From Octopus bimaculoides (lineage: Eukaryota), in the NCBI RefSeq assembly GCF_001194135.2, contig NC_068998.1, positions 33,819,824 through 33,883,823 on the forward strand: a stretch of DNA of 64,000 nucleotides, read 5' to 3'. Below, in pieces: positions 1 through 13,144 of the stretch (positions within the stretch are counted from its first letter, which is position 1; every line of letters begins with the position of its first letter). The notes beneath the pieces were generated by a model. The model searched no databases, was not told the origin of the DNA, and saw nothing but the letters and a program-made list of their open reading frames with translations. The translations under genes and the position numbers were made by a program.

Positions 1-49
<49 letters not shown>

Positions 50-449
50 CACACATATACACATACATACATATACATGTACACACACATACATATACAT
101 ACATACACACACATAAATATATAGAGACATATCTTCACATCAAGATAATTATATACATCATAATGTATGTACACAAACATTTTAAAAAACTGTCTGGTAT
201 ATATAATACTAAAATGTTAAAATAAGGAAACTGCACAATAAATTAACATAGCATAATTAAATGCATGAGTGAACAATACAAATAAACCTTGGTGAAGCTT
301 AAGCTTAAATTTGTAAAACAGTCGGAGGTTTTCTTAAAAGTGAAGTTGAAATATGCAAATATGCACTAGCATTGTAATACAAAATAGCTCTAAGGTGTAA
401 ACTCAAATTCCAATGCGACAGTCAAAAATTTTACGAAAATCAAAACATT

Positions 450-830
450 TTATCTGTACGGTATTTTATCGGTTGACACTTTAAACCACATGGCATGCCT
501 GCAGGAATTTAAGTGTTTGCATCTCTGGTTCAAGGCATGTTTATCCTGGAATAGGTTAAAAATCTTTTCTGAGAAGCAAAGATTACATTTCATGAGTCTT
601 TTATAAGGTCCATGTCTGTATGATGATGCTTTTTCTAGAATTTCCCAGGTTACATTGAAAGGACGAGTGTCAATCTCTTTCAATTCCCAGACATGATTTG
701 CAAGACGAGTTGCTATCCTATTCTTGGGGTATCAGAAAGAATTTTGGTGGGAATAGAATTGAATCTTGAATGAATTTTCTGAAGCCCCCGTGTATGTTTT
801 ATATTCTTGCGAGCCATCTACTTGCATTGG
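450..830 (-). mobile_element. Penelope-like element, GIY-YIG endonuclease C-terminal fragment (frameshifted)
   Basis: Translates KTYTGASENSFKIQFYSHQNSF, then TRLANHVWELKEID and FNVTWEILEKASSY..CNLCFSEKIF..LNQR..CRH, the typical PLE C-terminus. Confidence 0.75.
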
Positions 831-1169
831 GTTAGAATATGAGTCACATCATACGTATGGGAGAAAAAGCTAAATGTGCTGTATAGATGTGGATTGAGAG
901 GATATATAATGTAACTGGCTAGATCAAAAAAGTAGAGGCTGTAGTATATGTAGAGGTCGAAAGAAAAAGCAGCATATCTGTGTGTTAGTTGTAGCATGAG
1001 AGAATAATTACTAATCAGTTGGATGGGCTTCTTTGGTGTAATTTTGACTACAAGTCTTGCAATCATGACACACTGAAAATGTGATTTATTTCATTTGATT
1101 AGTTTTAATTTAGGTGGACAAAATGGAAAACTGAATCAGCAGTTTTGTGTATATGGTCAAGAAACTTAA

Positions 1170-1173
1170 TATT

Positions 1174-1212
<39 letters not shown>

Positions 1213-1600
1213 GTTTTACGTCCATTTTCCATGCTGGCATGGGTTGGATGGTTTGACTGGAGTCTTGGAAGCCAGGAGGCTGCACCAGGCTCCAGTCTGA
1301 TCTGGCAGTGTTTCTACAGCTGGATGCCCTTCCTAACACCAACCATTCTGAGAGTATTGTGGGTGCTTTTTTATGTGCCACCAGCACAAGGGCCAGAGGG
1401 GGCTGGCATTGACCATGATCAGATAGTGCTTTTTACATGCCACCAGCATGGAAGCCATCAGCACAGGGACCACAACTACAATTCCCATGTGATTGTGATT
1501 TGATTTGATTTTGATGTACGAGACTCAATAGGGCTCCTCAAGCATGGCATGTCAACCTACTATCCAAGGTACTTTTTGAGTGGGCTGGTTATGCGACACT
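1170..1600 (-). mobile_element. RTE-tail element (SINE or LINE 3' end)
   Basis: Reverse complement of the tail at 12960-13110 and 49730-49870, ending in (CAT)n. Confidence 0.8.
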
Positions 1601-1609
1601 TGTGTAGGT

Positions 1610-2485
1610 TACAACTGTTGCTGCTTTTAACTCGTCCAGTTGTGTGCAGTATTTCTCAGAATTAATTGTCTGGTTACTTAGGAGAAGCTCATAATACAGA
1701 ATTCCTTTCCAATCCCACCAGATGCAAAGCAAGACTTTTTTAGGGTGAAGACCCGCTTTTGGGGTGGCTAAGGGTGGCTCATGTCGTTTACTCCAGGATC
1801 ACTTTCTCTGAACATTTCGGTAGATAATCCATTTCTTATCACCTGTCACAATTTGCTTTAAAAAAGGCGCGTTTTCATTCCATTTATAAAGTGAATCACA
1901 GATGGAAATGGGATCCAAGAGGTTCTTCTCACTCAACTCCTCTGGTACCCAAACATCATAGCGATTTCTGTACCCAAGCTTTACCAGGTGCTCATGAACA
2001 ACGGATTTTGATAGGTTGAGGCTTTCTGCCAATTCTCGGGTTGTGCAATGTGGGTTATTCTCAGTTAATGACTTGATTTGGTCATCATCTGTAGTGGATG
2101 GTCTATCTGATCACTCTTTATCAATAAGGCTACAATCTCCAGCTCAGAATCTTGCGAACCACTTCCGTATAGTTCTTTCAGATAAAGAAACATCACCGTA
2201 AATTGCGCATATTTCCATGGTCGTTTGTGAGGCATTTTTCCCTTTACGGAAAAAGAAAAGCATCAAGTGCCGAAAATGAACTTTCTTATCTTCCATTTTA
2301 AAGGGTTACAGAATTAACACAGGTTATAGGAACATAAACCTTCTTCCATGAAAAGATAGCTTAAACTGTGCTCTAAATGGAGGTATAGTCAACTATGTTC
2401 TAAAATAAGTCGAAAGGTAAGCTACTATAAATATTAAAGGCAGAAAAAATAAGATGTAAGATGTTCATATCTTTCTGAATACCAA
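1610..2485 (-). mobile_element. Mariner transposase relic
   Basis: ORF 1799..2032 has WVPEELSEKN and IVTGDKKWIIY (WVPHEL and TGDEKW motifs). Confidence 0.85.
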
Positions 2486-2741
2486 TCATGTCATAAGTAA
2501 TATGAAATAGCCTTTTCCTGAAATTGAAAGTCTATTGTATTTTCAGCATGTACAAATCATATTTTTGATCTCTAGCAGGGGTGGGGAAGCTTTCATCTGA
2601 GGTAAATTATTGAGGCACATCTATACCAAGAAGAATAAGGAATATTTAAATTCATATCAAGGGTGTAGACAGGATTTTAACCAGAGGGTGTTTGTTATAA
2701 TTAAAATAGATCCACTGTAGCTATCTAATTTGAATCGATAA

Positions 2742-2777
<36 letters not shown>

Positions 2778-2797
2778 CATGTATTGTATTTACTTAC

Positions 2798-2844
2798 AAT
2801 AAATCAGGAGTGAGAATTCTTTTCAAATTTGGCAAGCCCCTTCT
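2798..2844 (-). CDS. Candidate exon (RRGLPNLKRILTPDL)
   Basis: Acceptor cacattaaccag, donor ATT/gtaagt, 47 bp; only phase 0 is open, matching the phase-0 donor at 19987. Confidence 0.45.
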
Positions 2845-4239
2845 CTGGTTAATGTGTGTATAGAAATACAGCTTATAATACTGTTTTCCTTTTAAGGCTT
2901 AAACATTATTTTTATATGGATGTTTAGAGACTACTTCATCAGCAGATGGCCTGAAGTGGGGTGCTGGTAAATTTTTTTGTGTGGGGGAAATGTTGTTCAC
3001 TCTACTTTAGAGCATTCAGCACAACTATTATTTAAATGTTAAACAATGTAAAGTGAACACATTTGCTTGGATTATAAATAAATATGCAATATAAGATTCT
3101 TGAATGTACAAGAAGACAGTTGTCTGCATTGTAATAGCTTTCACATCAGAAAAATTAAAGCAAAACAAATTGCATTACCCAGTGAAAATCTTCAATTATT
3201 GGAAGCCACATCAAAATACATGCTTTTTATAAACTTTTGTTCAGATCACTAATTGTCTATTTAGCTTTATATTAGAGTTGAGAGAGAGATGTTGCTGCTA
3301 TTACTAGCTGGTTGATTGCCTAAGGAAGTCTCCCGCATTGGTGCATCATGCTGTTTAGGCCTAGGTCAGCCAACTCTGAAATTCAACAGACCTTTGACCA
3401 AAAGCATTACTTCTTGATCATAATCCACTTTTGGTATGTTTGAGTCTACATTGTCCAATATGATATGGGGAAGATATAGTTGCTATTTCCAACAGGTTCA
3501 GTGGTTATATAGATGCTTTCTTGACTTGTATTACGTCCTGTTGAGAGAGTTTGCAAAAAATTTGCACTAAGGTGTTGTTGGTAGTGTTAACCATTCTATA
3601 GCAGCAGCGGCAGTAGTAACAGTAATGGCCGCTACCACCATAGTATAAGTATTGTTGTAGTGTTTTGATTATTAAAACTCATTTTGCTTCAGGGTTTTAA
3701 ACTGACTTGAAGAAAACAAAATCAAAATTACATAAATGGATTTGTCTACAAAGCAACAAACAATTATCTTTTTATTTGTTATATCTGTCTGTAAATGTAT
3801 ATTAGTCTATGAGAATTTCATTGAATGTAGATTGAAGTAGATTATAGATTCTGTGTCTGTTAGAGATAATGAATATTGCAACAAATGATGCAAGATAGAT
3901 GGATAATAAGACTAGGAAAGGTCAGACTATTACAGTTATTACTATTGTTGTTTAGAAATTTTCTAGTTGTGATGTTTCAGTTTTTTTTTTCCAGATTTAG
4001 TATGTCTAGGTCTCCAATTCATCTTTTCTGTTTTTTTTTTAAGACAGTGAAATAAGTGGGAGATTGAGTAGCTACTTCTAATTGGTTGAGTAACTACATT
4101 GAAGCTTCTTTGTTAGTTCAATATTGTACAATTGTGCAACACAGTGTTTTTCTATGTACTACTGCAATACATGATAAATATTATAATAAAGAGATATAGC
4201 AGGGTAACAAAGGAAATTATACTGAACATTGATTTTAAA

Positions 4240-4415
4240 TTTCGACACAATGCCAGCAATACTGGGGGAGAGGTTAAGTTGATTAGATCAAACCTAGTGC
4301 TCTACTGGTACTTATTTTATCAACCCCAAAAGGATGAAAGTCAAATTCGACCTCAGCTAGCATTTGAACTAAGCACATTTTCTGATGCCCAAACAATTCT
4401 GTCAACTCACCACCT
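4240..4415 (-). mobile_element. SINE (17888 family)
   Basis: ggtacttattttatcaaccccaaaaggatgaaag. Confidence 0.75.
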
Positions 4416-4544
4416 TAAAGAAATTGTTCTCATATTGAAAACCTGGTGCAAACACTTGCAACAGGAGTGGACTCTACTAAAGTCCACTGGCTAAATCAAA
4501 ATTATTGGGTCATAATCAATTATAAATAATAGACATAATAATAT

Positions 4545-4850
4545 TGTAGGTAACATACTCAGGGAAAAGATCATGGTGTTGCTTCCTTTGAAGATACCAG
4601 GACCAACTCCAAAACAGTGCTGAAAGCCACTGGTCTTCAGCCTAAATCATTTGAAATACAAGCCTGAGACTGTAGCAAAACCAGAACCAAAACCTTTCAA
4701 GCCACCAGAAGAGAAAAGGAAGAAATGAAATGAAGGAAAGACAAGCTCAATAAAATCAACCTCGTTCTCCACCAACATTAACATGCAGTGAATACCATTG
4801 ACTTTTCTATGCAAGAATTGGTCTACAGAGTCAGCAATGCCACCACCATA
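4545..4850 (+). mobile_element. RTE LINE C-terminal fragment
   Basis: Translates ..KATGLQPKSFEIQA.D.. and FYARIGLQSQQCHH. Confidence 0.6.
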
Positions 4851-6046
4851 AAGGAAGCATTAGGCAAAAAAAAAACAAAAAAACTGAATTGTCAGATACA
4901 AGATAAAGCTAATGATGATGTTGATACCTTGTATTGTGAAGCAGAGTATCATGAATAAAAATAATGCAGTGTGTGTAGAGAAGACTATAAGATAGTACAA
5001 CATGAATGGGGAAGAAAAATTGTTGGACATTTTAAACATTGCAGTATAAGATATAGAGATTAGAAAATATGTAAAGATAGAAACAATGTAGAATTATGAA
5101 AATATATTAATCATGCATCCTAAATAGTTCACCGACAAAGTAACCAAAAGAAGGACTCATTATTGCAACCTCCTTCACAGGAAAAAGGTTGCATTTATAG
5201 ACAATATGAATTTTCTTTCTTTTTTTCTTTCTTTTTTGTGCTATTAATAACCAAGGAATGCTTTGTGTTCTAATCAAGAAACTCAACACACAATAACTCT
5301 CCCTCCCTCTTAAGCAGTCCATGGATACTATAGGAAGATATAATACATTCAGTTGAACATGTTGCAATTCAAAACTCTAGTCTCTTCATTCTGCGTTCTA
5401 CTTGTCTTAGTCATATGTGCTAATTTTTCATGAAATCAACAAATTTAAATATTTGTTTTACCTATATTTTCATATATTTTTCAATACATGTTGGCTTGTC
5501 TCACCAGCCCATCCATCTGTAGCATCTTATCCAGACAGCTCCATTCTCTAAGAAGAAGATCTGTATAACTGATAAATGCATCATTAACTTTCAGTACTGA
5601 GCTCAGATCTCATAAATTTGGGGGAAGGAAATTGACAATGATGAAAATGATGCCACCATAACCAACAATGATCACAAGAATGATGACAAGCATGAGATGG
5701 TGGATTACATCTTTGATGTTGTTTTCAATGATGATATTTATAAACAAATATATGTATGTGTGTGCTTCTGTGTGTATTTGTGTGCATGCAATTTGGGCAT
5801 ATTATGAACAGGATTACCCACTTCAAAATGCTGGTGACTTTATAACAAGTTCTACCAGGGAATAGTATCATGAGGGTAGGACACTAAACACAAATGGTAC
5901 AACTGGACAAGACATCAACAAGTATAAAAAAAAACCAATGTACAAAATTTTTGATCCAACAAATGTTTCCGTCTGTCAACCAATGAAAGTATTATGTGTG
6001 TGTGTGTGTGTGTATAATTAAATATTGAAGTGTTGGGTATTTTGGG

Positions 6047-6078
<32 letters not shown>

Positions 6079-6420
6079 TATATNNNNNNNNNNNNNNNNN
6101 NNNNNNNNNNNNNNNNNNNNNNNNNNNNNNNNNNNNNNNNNNNNNNNNNNNNNNNNNNNNNNNNNNNNNNNNNNNNNNNNNNNNNNNNNNNNNNNNNNNN
6201 NNNNNNNNNNNNNNNNNNNNNNNNNNNNNNNNNNNNNNNNNNNNNNNNNNNNNNNNNNNNNNNNNNNNNNNNNNNNNNNNNNNNNNNNNNNNNNNNNNNN
6301 NNNNNNNNNNNNNNNNNNNNNNNNNNNNNNNNNNNNNNNNNNNNNNNNNNNNNNNNNNNNNNNNNNNNNNNNNNNNNNNNNNNNNNNNNNNNNNNNNNNN
6401 NNNNNNNNNNNNNNNNCACA

Positions 6421-7605
6421 CAGGATGTGTAAGATATTTGAGGTCAGATTTATGATTATAAAAAACAGATATATAATAACATAATAACTTTATAAAAGAT
6501 GCTATGGGGATAAAAAAAATCCCTTCTTTTCTATAATGTTATTCAATAAAGCTACCTTCAGCTTCAACAACTCCTATATGGGATCTAGATCATCTACATG
6601 CTCGATTCAGGTGGTCCTGGTTAATTTTTGACGTTACTCTGACTATGGCAGCTTTCAAAGAATCTTTGCTTTTATGGGCATGTTCATTGACCTCTCTCTC
6701 AACAACACTCCACATATAATTGTCCAATGGATTGAGATCTGGGGAATTAGGAGGCCAAATGTTAGGGGTTATATTGATCATGAAAATTCTCAGCCATCCA
6801 TTCCTGTGTTACTAGAGCCATGTGTGATAGTGCAGAGTCTTACTGAAACACATATGGCCTTCCATTGTCTACACTGTCTATCCAGGGTTTAACAATTATT
6901 CTCAGGACCTCAATGTAGGAGGTAGAGTTAACTCTAAAGCCTTGTAGAAAGAAGTAAGGAGGTAATGTCCTTCATTGCTGACAACCTCTAAAACTATGAC
7001 AATTGCAGAAAATTTTGTATGCATAATACTTGGAACTTTAGAAGAGTCTCCACATAATTATCTGTCATTTCTTCTGTTAACTTTTTGTTCTTGGTCGAAG
7101 TTTTTCTTGTTTCAGAAAAAAACAAATCAAATTTTCTTCTGCAGGATTTTTCAGTTTGTTAAAAAGCCTTTTAGATCTGATGTAGTGATCTTTAAAACAT
7201 TTTTTCTGACAAGTTGACCTTTCCTCGTCATATAAGACTCATATAAGACTTATATCTGATGTTTTCATGGATACCATTTATGACTGGATAAATTCAGGGG
7301 TTTTTTTATGGTTTCAGAGTGTTTAGAATGCTTTTTATGCCTTGATATTGGTGATATGCTTCCATCTTCAGTCTCTAGCTCATTACAAACTTTGTAGGCA
7401 AAAGATCTCACAAGTTTTAAAAATCTAGATATTTCTAAATCACTATGCTCAGCCTTTATAACCACAATAACAGCATGCCTCTTCATTTCTTGAGTAAGCT
7501 GAGGGTTTCCCATTATTATTTTCTGAAACAAAGATTATACAGAGTTAGCAAAGCATGTAGCAATGACCCCAAAAATGCATGTCTTCAAATACCTTATTTA
7601 CCCTG
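6421..7605 (-). mobile_element. Tc1/mariner (maT/DD37D-like) defective element with both TIRs
   Basis: WPPNSPDLNPLDNYMWSVVE and FFS-EKNFDQEQKVNRRNDR; ends caggatgtgtaagatatttga and reverse-complement cagggtaaataaggtatttga; TA at the right end. Confidence 0.85.
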
Positions 7606-9329
7606 TATGTATANNNNNNNNNNNNNNNNNNNNNNNNNNNNNNNNNNNNNNNNNNNNNNNNNNNNNNNNNNNNNNNNNNNNNNNNNNNNNNNNNNNNNNN
7701 NNNNNNNNNNNNNNNNNNNNNNNNNNNNNNNNNNNNNNNNNNNNNNNNNNNNNNNNNNNNNNNNNNNNNNNNNNNNNNNNNNNNNNNNNNNNNNNNNNNN
7801 NNNNNNNNNNNNNNNNNNNNNNNNNNNNNNNNNNNNNNNNNNNNNNNNNNNNNNNNNNNNNNNNNNNNNNNNNNNNNNNNNNNNNNNNNNNNNNNNNNNN
7901 NNNNNNNNNNNNNNNNNNNNNNNNNNNNNNNNNNNNNNNNNNNNNNNNNNNNNNNNNNNNNNNNNNNNNNNNNNNNNNNNNNNNNNNNNNNNNNNNNNNN
8001 NNNNNNNNNNNNNNNNNNNNNNNNNNNNNNNNNNNNNNNNNNNNNNNNNNNNNNNNNNNNNNNNNNNNNNNNNNNNNNNNNNNNNNNNNNNNNNNNNNNN
8101 NNNNNNNNNNNNNNNNNNNNNNNNNNNNNNNNNNNNNNNNNNNNNNNNNNNNNNNNNNNNNNNNNNNNNNNNNNNNNNNNNNNNNNNNNNNNNNNNNNNN
8201 NNNNNNNNNNNNNNNNNNNNNNNNNNNNNNNNNNNNNNNNNNNNNNNNNNNNNNNNNNNNNNNNNNNNNNNNNNNNNNNNNNNNNNNNNNNNNNNNNNNN
8301 NNNNNNNNNNNNNNNNNNNNNNNNNNNNNNNNNNNNNNNNNNNNNNNNNNNNNNNNNNNNNNNNNNNNNNNNNNNNNNNNNNNNNNNNNNNNNNNNNNNN
8401 NNNNNNNNNNNNNNNNNNNNNNTATATATATATATATATATATATATATTCACATATATATATATACACACATATATGCCATAAAAACCCATGCAATTTG
8501 CGCACCTGTGTAATTTACGCAGGTGTTTCCAGGATAAAATTTGTTAAAAATGCTTTTACTTATGTAAAATTTGCACCCAAAAGTTTTCAGAATTGCCAAT
8601 ATGGCCAAGGGAAAAGGTTTTCAATTTAGTTGTATTTAGCATAATTTCACTTACTTCTGATTAGATTTTATTGAATTTTTATTAAGTAAAAATGATTCTG
8701 TTTAACAGGTATTACATTAAAAGTTATTAAATTACAAAGTGTTTGTGTTGCGTATAATAATACTAGCTGGCCCCATGCCATAAAAAACGATGGCTAATTG
8801 TAGTATTTTATATTTAAACATAGATAATAAATCAAATGAATTCACTTGTTATCTCAATGTTATCTTTTGAGATGTGACATTGACGGAAGGAAAGAACGCT
8901 AGTTTACACATACAAACATTCACATTCTTCCCTCGGACATGCACACACATACACACATATACTCACACAAAGTTGAAACACACACACGTACACACACACA
9001 CATACAAACATTCACTTACCTTCCTTTTATATATACACACACACATATACTCACACAGAGTTAAAACGCTCCCACTACCAGTTTGCCATCACCCCTTCCT
9101 TCCTTATTCCTTTATCACCCCTTTCTCATTGATATGTTGTGACAGAGTCAAACTCAAGACTATTATTATAATAGAAGATGGCCCGGACTGTGTTTGCCAG
9201 CATGAACGTCAGACTTCAAAAAGTAGTTAACCATTTAATGGTTTTAGTGAATTTATACAGTAAAAGTAAGCATTATATTGTCCAGCATAAATAAAAGTCA
9301 ACTTCATTGAATTTAAGCCATTATTTGAT

Positions 9330-9430
9330 GTGTGCAAGAGAAACGACTGCATTGGTATGGTCATGTTATGATTTATGGACGGGGACAGATATGTAAAGAA
9401 GTGACGGTAACTAACTGTAGAAGGAACCAG
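9330..9430 (+). mobile_element. RTE LINE short 3' coding fragment
   Basis: VQEKRLHWYGHVM; similar to 12320-12400. Confidence 0.6.
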
Positions 9431-9720
9431 CAAGAATTTCTTGAAGTGCAAGCAGGGTCTGAAGACCTCTGTCCTGGAGTTAAGGATGTTCCCTAGGTCA
9501 AAGGATTTCTTTAATATCCTCGTCTGTTAGGCTAAGGATGTTCCACCGTACATGGATGGCTAAGGACGTAGCATATCTCCTCTCCGGGATCCTGAAAGAG
9601 GATCTGTAGTTGGAGAGGTGCTGGTTGAACATGTATCTCCGTATGCAGGTGTTGGTGATGTAGTTTCTGACGATGTTCACATTGCTGCTACCATTGTTGT
9701 TGGTGCTGATGTCATTGGTG
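9430..9720 (-). mobile_element. Penelope-like GIY-YIG fragment
   Basis: ORF 9498..9680 FNQHLSNYRSSFRIPERRYATSLAIHV resembles the same PLE region as 450..830. Confidence 0.55.
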
Positions 9721-9919
9721 TCAGTGTTGGCATCGTTAAAACTGGTGTTGGCATTGTTGATACAGAGTAACGAAGTCTTTTCCTCCTCCCTTTTCTAGAG
9801 AGGCCACTTGCCAGAGAGGTCATAGGCCAACAGGTTTTAGGGTCTGAAGAAACGCTGTAAGGTTAAGCACTTTATGGATGTGAAACTCAATGTAACCCTA
9901 TAGACTGACCTTATCTATC

Positions 9920-9970
<51 letters not shown>

Positions 9971-10113
9971 GTTACGGAGATGCACTTGCATAGCAAGTGA
10001 CCTGATCTGAGATCGTGTGCTGGAACGAAAACAATTGCAGCGTGGAAGGTGTTTATAAGCCATTTAAAATAACACACAAAATCCGTTAGATTCACTTCAA
10101 CATTTAAATTTAA

Positions 10114-10166
10114 TTTGTCAAAAAATATTTTTGTCGCTTTGAGACCGCGACCTGTTCACTGACAAA
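10114..10166 (-). ncRNA. Degenerate hammerhead-like motif with G3:C8 core
   Basis: tttgtca-GTGAACA-g-gtcgc[ggtctcaaa]gcgac-AAAA-ata-tt..-tgacaaa; 7-bp stem I, 5-bp stem II; G12 replaced by A. Confidence 0.5.
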
Positions 10167-10895
10167 ATTCTGTGCTGTATATATATGAACTAAAAATTAA
10201 AGCATATTCAATATATGAAAATGAAATGTAAATGAATTAAATATAAATGAGAATAAAATGATTATCATTATTCAATGCAATAAGTCAGTAAAATATGGAA
10301 AAAACGTAACATTGAAAATAAGGTATAAGAAACAAAACGTAAGCATAAAAATAACTAAAAAATGTATTTTATAGAGAGACTCATTATACATAAGGGTAAA
10401 TATAATGAAAGTTATATTCCCCAGTGATAAAATGTGCACTCATACACATTACATACTTTCCAAATTAGAAATAGTGGTGAATGCAAATTAATATTGAACT
10501 ACAAAGCTAGACGCATAAAATTAATATATACTATTAGATCATATTAATATATTAATTTGGTTGAAATTATATATATATATATATATATATTGATGTTTTT
10601 GTGGTAACCAGTTAATGCCAAGAGTTTACTAACAATAAAAATTTGTTTCTAGGCTATATACAATGCCTGAATTATTGTGGATCATACCATAACAGCATGG
10701 TATGTAATATTTTTACATCAAAAGATAAAAAAAAAGAGAAATGAAAGGTATAAAATAGAATATTCAAAACTATGAAACAAGAAAGAAGGAAATAAATTAG
10801 AAAAATCACATTAGTGGTGATATTAAGTTCACAAAGTAACACTTGATATATAAACTTACTTGGAATATATGTATGTGTATCTATCTATCTATCTA

Positions 10896-10958
<63 letters not shown>

Positions 10959-10969
10959 ATGTATATATA

Positions 10970-11375
10970 TTCTTTTACTCTTTTACTTGTTTCAATCATC
11001 TGACTGCGGCCATGCTGGAGCACCACCTTTAGTCGAGCAAAACAACTCCAGAACTTATTCTTTGTAAGTCTAGTGCTTATTCTATTGGTTTATTTTGCTG
11101 AACCACTAAGTTACGGGGATGTAAACACACCAGCATCGGTTGTCAAGCGATGTTGGGGGTCAAACACAGACACACAAACATACACATATACACACACATA
11201 TATATATATATATGACGGGCTTCTTTCAGTTTCTGTCTACCAAATCCACTCACAAGGCTTTGGTCAGCCCGAGGCTATAGTAGAAGGCACTTGTCCAAGG
11301 TGCCACACAGTGGGACTGAACCCAGAACCATGTGGTTGGTAAGTAAGCTACTTACCACACAGCCACTCTTGCACC
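10970..11375 (-). mobile_element. Bipartite tRNA-derived SINE (head, microsatellite, body)
   Basis: Reverse complement has tggctgtgtggtaag (A box) and gggttcagtccc (B box); body matches 52392-52595. Confidence 0.85.
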
Positions 11376-11459
11376 TATACATATATCATCATCATCATCA
11401 TCATCGTTTAACGTCCGCTTACCATGCTAGCATGGGTTGNNNNNNNNNNNNNNNNNNNN

Positions 11460-12330
11460 ATATATAAAAGGATAAAGAGAACAATGGTAAAGATAGAAAT
11501 ATATTTTATGGATAGAGTCTTACAGCTGTTTCAGGGAAGATCCAATGCATCCCTTCATCAGAGACAGAAATAGTAGAGGAATCGATTATTATATCTATAA
11601 GCGGAGCATTATAGTAGGAAGTGAGAGTGAGTGTGATGCGCTGAAAAAAGAAAGAAAGAACAGTACTTGGAGTGTAGCTTCATTCCAGTAGTAAGTATCA
11701 ATGTAAATAAAATAATCCTTGTGGGAATTTTCCGGAGATAGTTGCTGTAGCAAAGGCTGAAATAGCAAAGGTGGATATATGTCATATCGTGTCCGAAGTA
11801 TACTGCGTGTGTTTACTTGAAGGATGTCTCAAATCAAGTGAGAGATGTGTGCAGGGTAGATAGGTCAAGTCTTAAAGACAGAAGGGGATAGAGAAGTGAT
11901 TCAGGTGGGGGATGGTAGTGATATTTTTTGTGGTTAGTTAATCTGACTGGACAGAGAGAATAAGTATTGGGAGCAAAGGAGGAAGGGGGGATAGAGGTAA
12001 AGGTTTAATAAGGAAGAAGGAATGCGCAGAGGTAATATGGAGGGGTAGGCTATAAGTGGTGACGGTATGGGTGACATTCCAAAGGAAAAAAGGAGAGAGA
12101 GAAAGAATTAGTAGTACCATATTATAAAAAATAGAGCTAAACTTAATTTACAGATGGTAGAAGGGGGATCAAAAGTTACCAAGAGTGGAATGTGTTTATC
12201 AACAAGTAGCCTGCATGCGGTGGTGGTGTTATTGTCAAGTAAGTGTAGAGGAAGTAAATTTGGGAAAATATATTAAGTAGTGATAGGATCAAAAAAGAAA
12301 TGAATCTATTCTAAAGATGGTATGGTCAGC
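11460..12330 (-). mobile_element. Probable Penelope-like 3' end/pLTR carrying the intact hammerhead
   Basis: Purine-rich degenerate sequence ending in the hammerhead at 11517-11565; element assignment is inferred from the ribozyme type. Confidence 0.45.
11517..11565 (-). ncRNA. Minimal type I hammerhead ribozyme of the Penelope-associated kind, core intact
   Basis: Minus strand reads gtct-CTGATGA-aggga[12-nt loop]tccct-GAAA-cagctgt-a-agac: stems I and II pair, stem III is the palindrome ACAGCTGT, cleavage triplet GUA. Confidence 0.8.
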
Positions 12331-13110
12331 TGATGATTTATGGATGGGGACAGCTATGTAAAGAAGTGACGGTATCTAACTGTAGAGAGAACCTGTGGTA
12401 GATGTAGACCCAGGAAGACATGGGACGAAGTGGTGAAGTATGCTCTTCGAACTTTGAGCCTCACAGAGGCAATAACTAGTGACTGAGACCTTTGGTGATG
12501 TCTGTGCTCGAGAAGAACTGTCAAACAAAGTGAAATCGAGTCATGGCTGATGTTGGTGCCACGTAACTGGCATGTAAAGAGCACCACTGAAGCATTGGCC
12601 CCCACGGAGGCAAATTGACTTAGTTCCTTTCGAGCGTTGGGATTTACGGAGGCAAAGTGGCTGAGTTCCTTTCGAGTGTTGGGTCTCACGAATGCAAAGT
12701 CACCAGGTTCCTTTCGAGTGTTGGGACTCACAAAGGCAAAGTGGCCAAGCTCCTTTCAAGTGTTTGACCTCATGGAGGCCAAGTGATTGAGTTCCTTTCG
12801 AGCATTGGGCCTTACAGAGGCAAAGTGGACAACACCTTTGACATTATGCCGTGCTTGAAAAGAAGACCCATGAAGCCTAGCAAAATCACACTCATGACAG
12901 ATACTAGTGTCATGCAAATGGTACCTGTGCTAGTGGCACGCAAAAGCTCCCATTACACTCTCAAAGTGGTTAGCGTTAGGAAGGGCATTCAGCTATAGAA
13001 AACCCTGCCATATCAGACAGGAGTCTGGTACAGCATTCCAGCTTACCAACTCTGGTCAAACTGTCCAACCCATCCATACCAGCATGCACATCAAACGTTA
13101 AATGATGATG
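12300..13110 (+). mobile_element. RTE LINE 3' end with internal 42-bp minisatellite and (GAT)n tail
   Basis: WYG..MDGDSYVKK coding remnant, 42-bp repeats, then ttaggaagggcattcagctatagaaa..acgttaaatgatgatgat. Confidence 0.8.
12585..12832 (+). repeat. 42-bp minisatellite, about 6 units
   Basis: g(t/c)tcctttc recurs at 12623, 12665, 12707, 12749 and 12791. Confidence 0.95.
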
Positions 13111-13113
13111 ATG

Positions 13114-13144
<31 letters not shown>

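Noticed and set aside
5915-8629. Long ORFs of 130-394 aa here and at 21702 and 36324-37295
   Set aside because: They run through N gaps (X residues) and microsatellites
9841-9862. Plus-strand CTGAAGA-AAC-GCTGTAAG hammerhead remnant
   Set aside because: Stem II is entirely missing, so it cannot fold as a hammerhead
12585-12832. CRISPR-like periodic array and ORF 12354..12731 with a 14-aa repeat
   Set aside because: Whole units are similar with no unique spacers, there are no cas genes, and the context is a eukaryotic LINE; the ORF is the antisense reading of the VNTR
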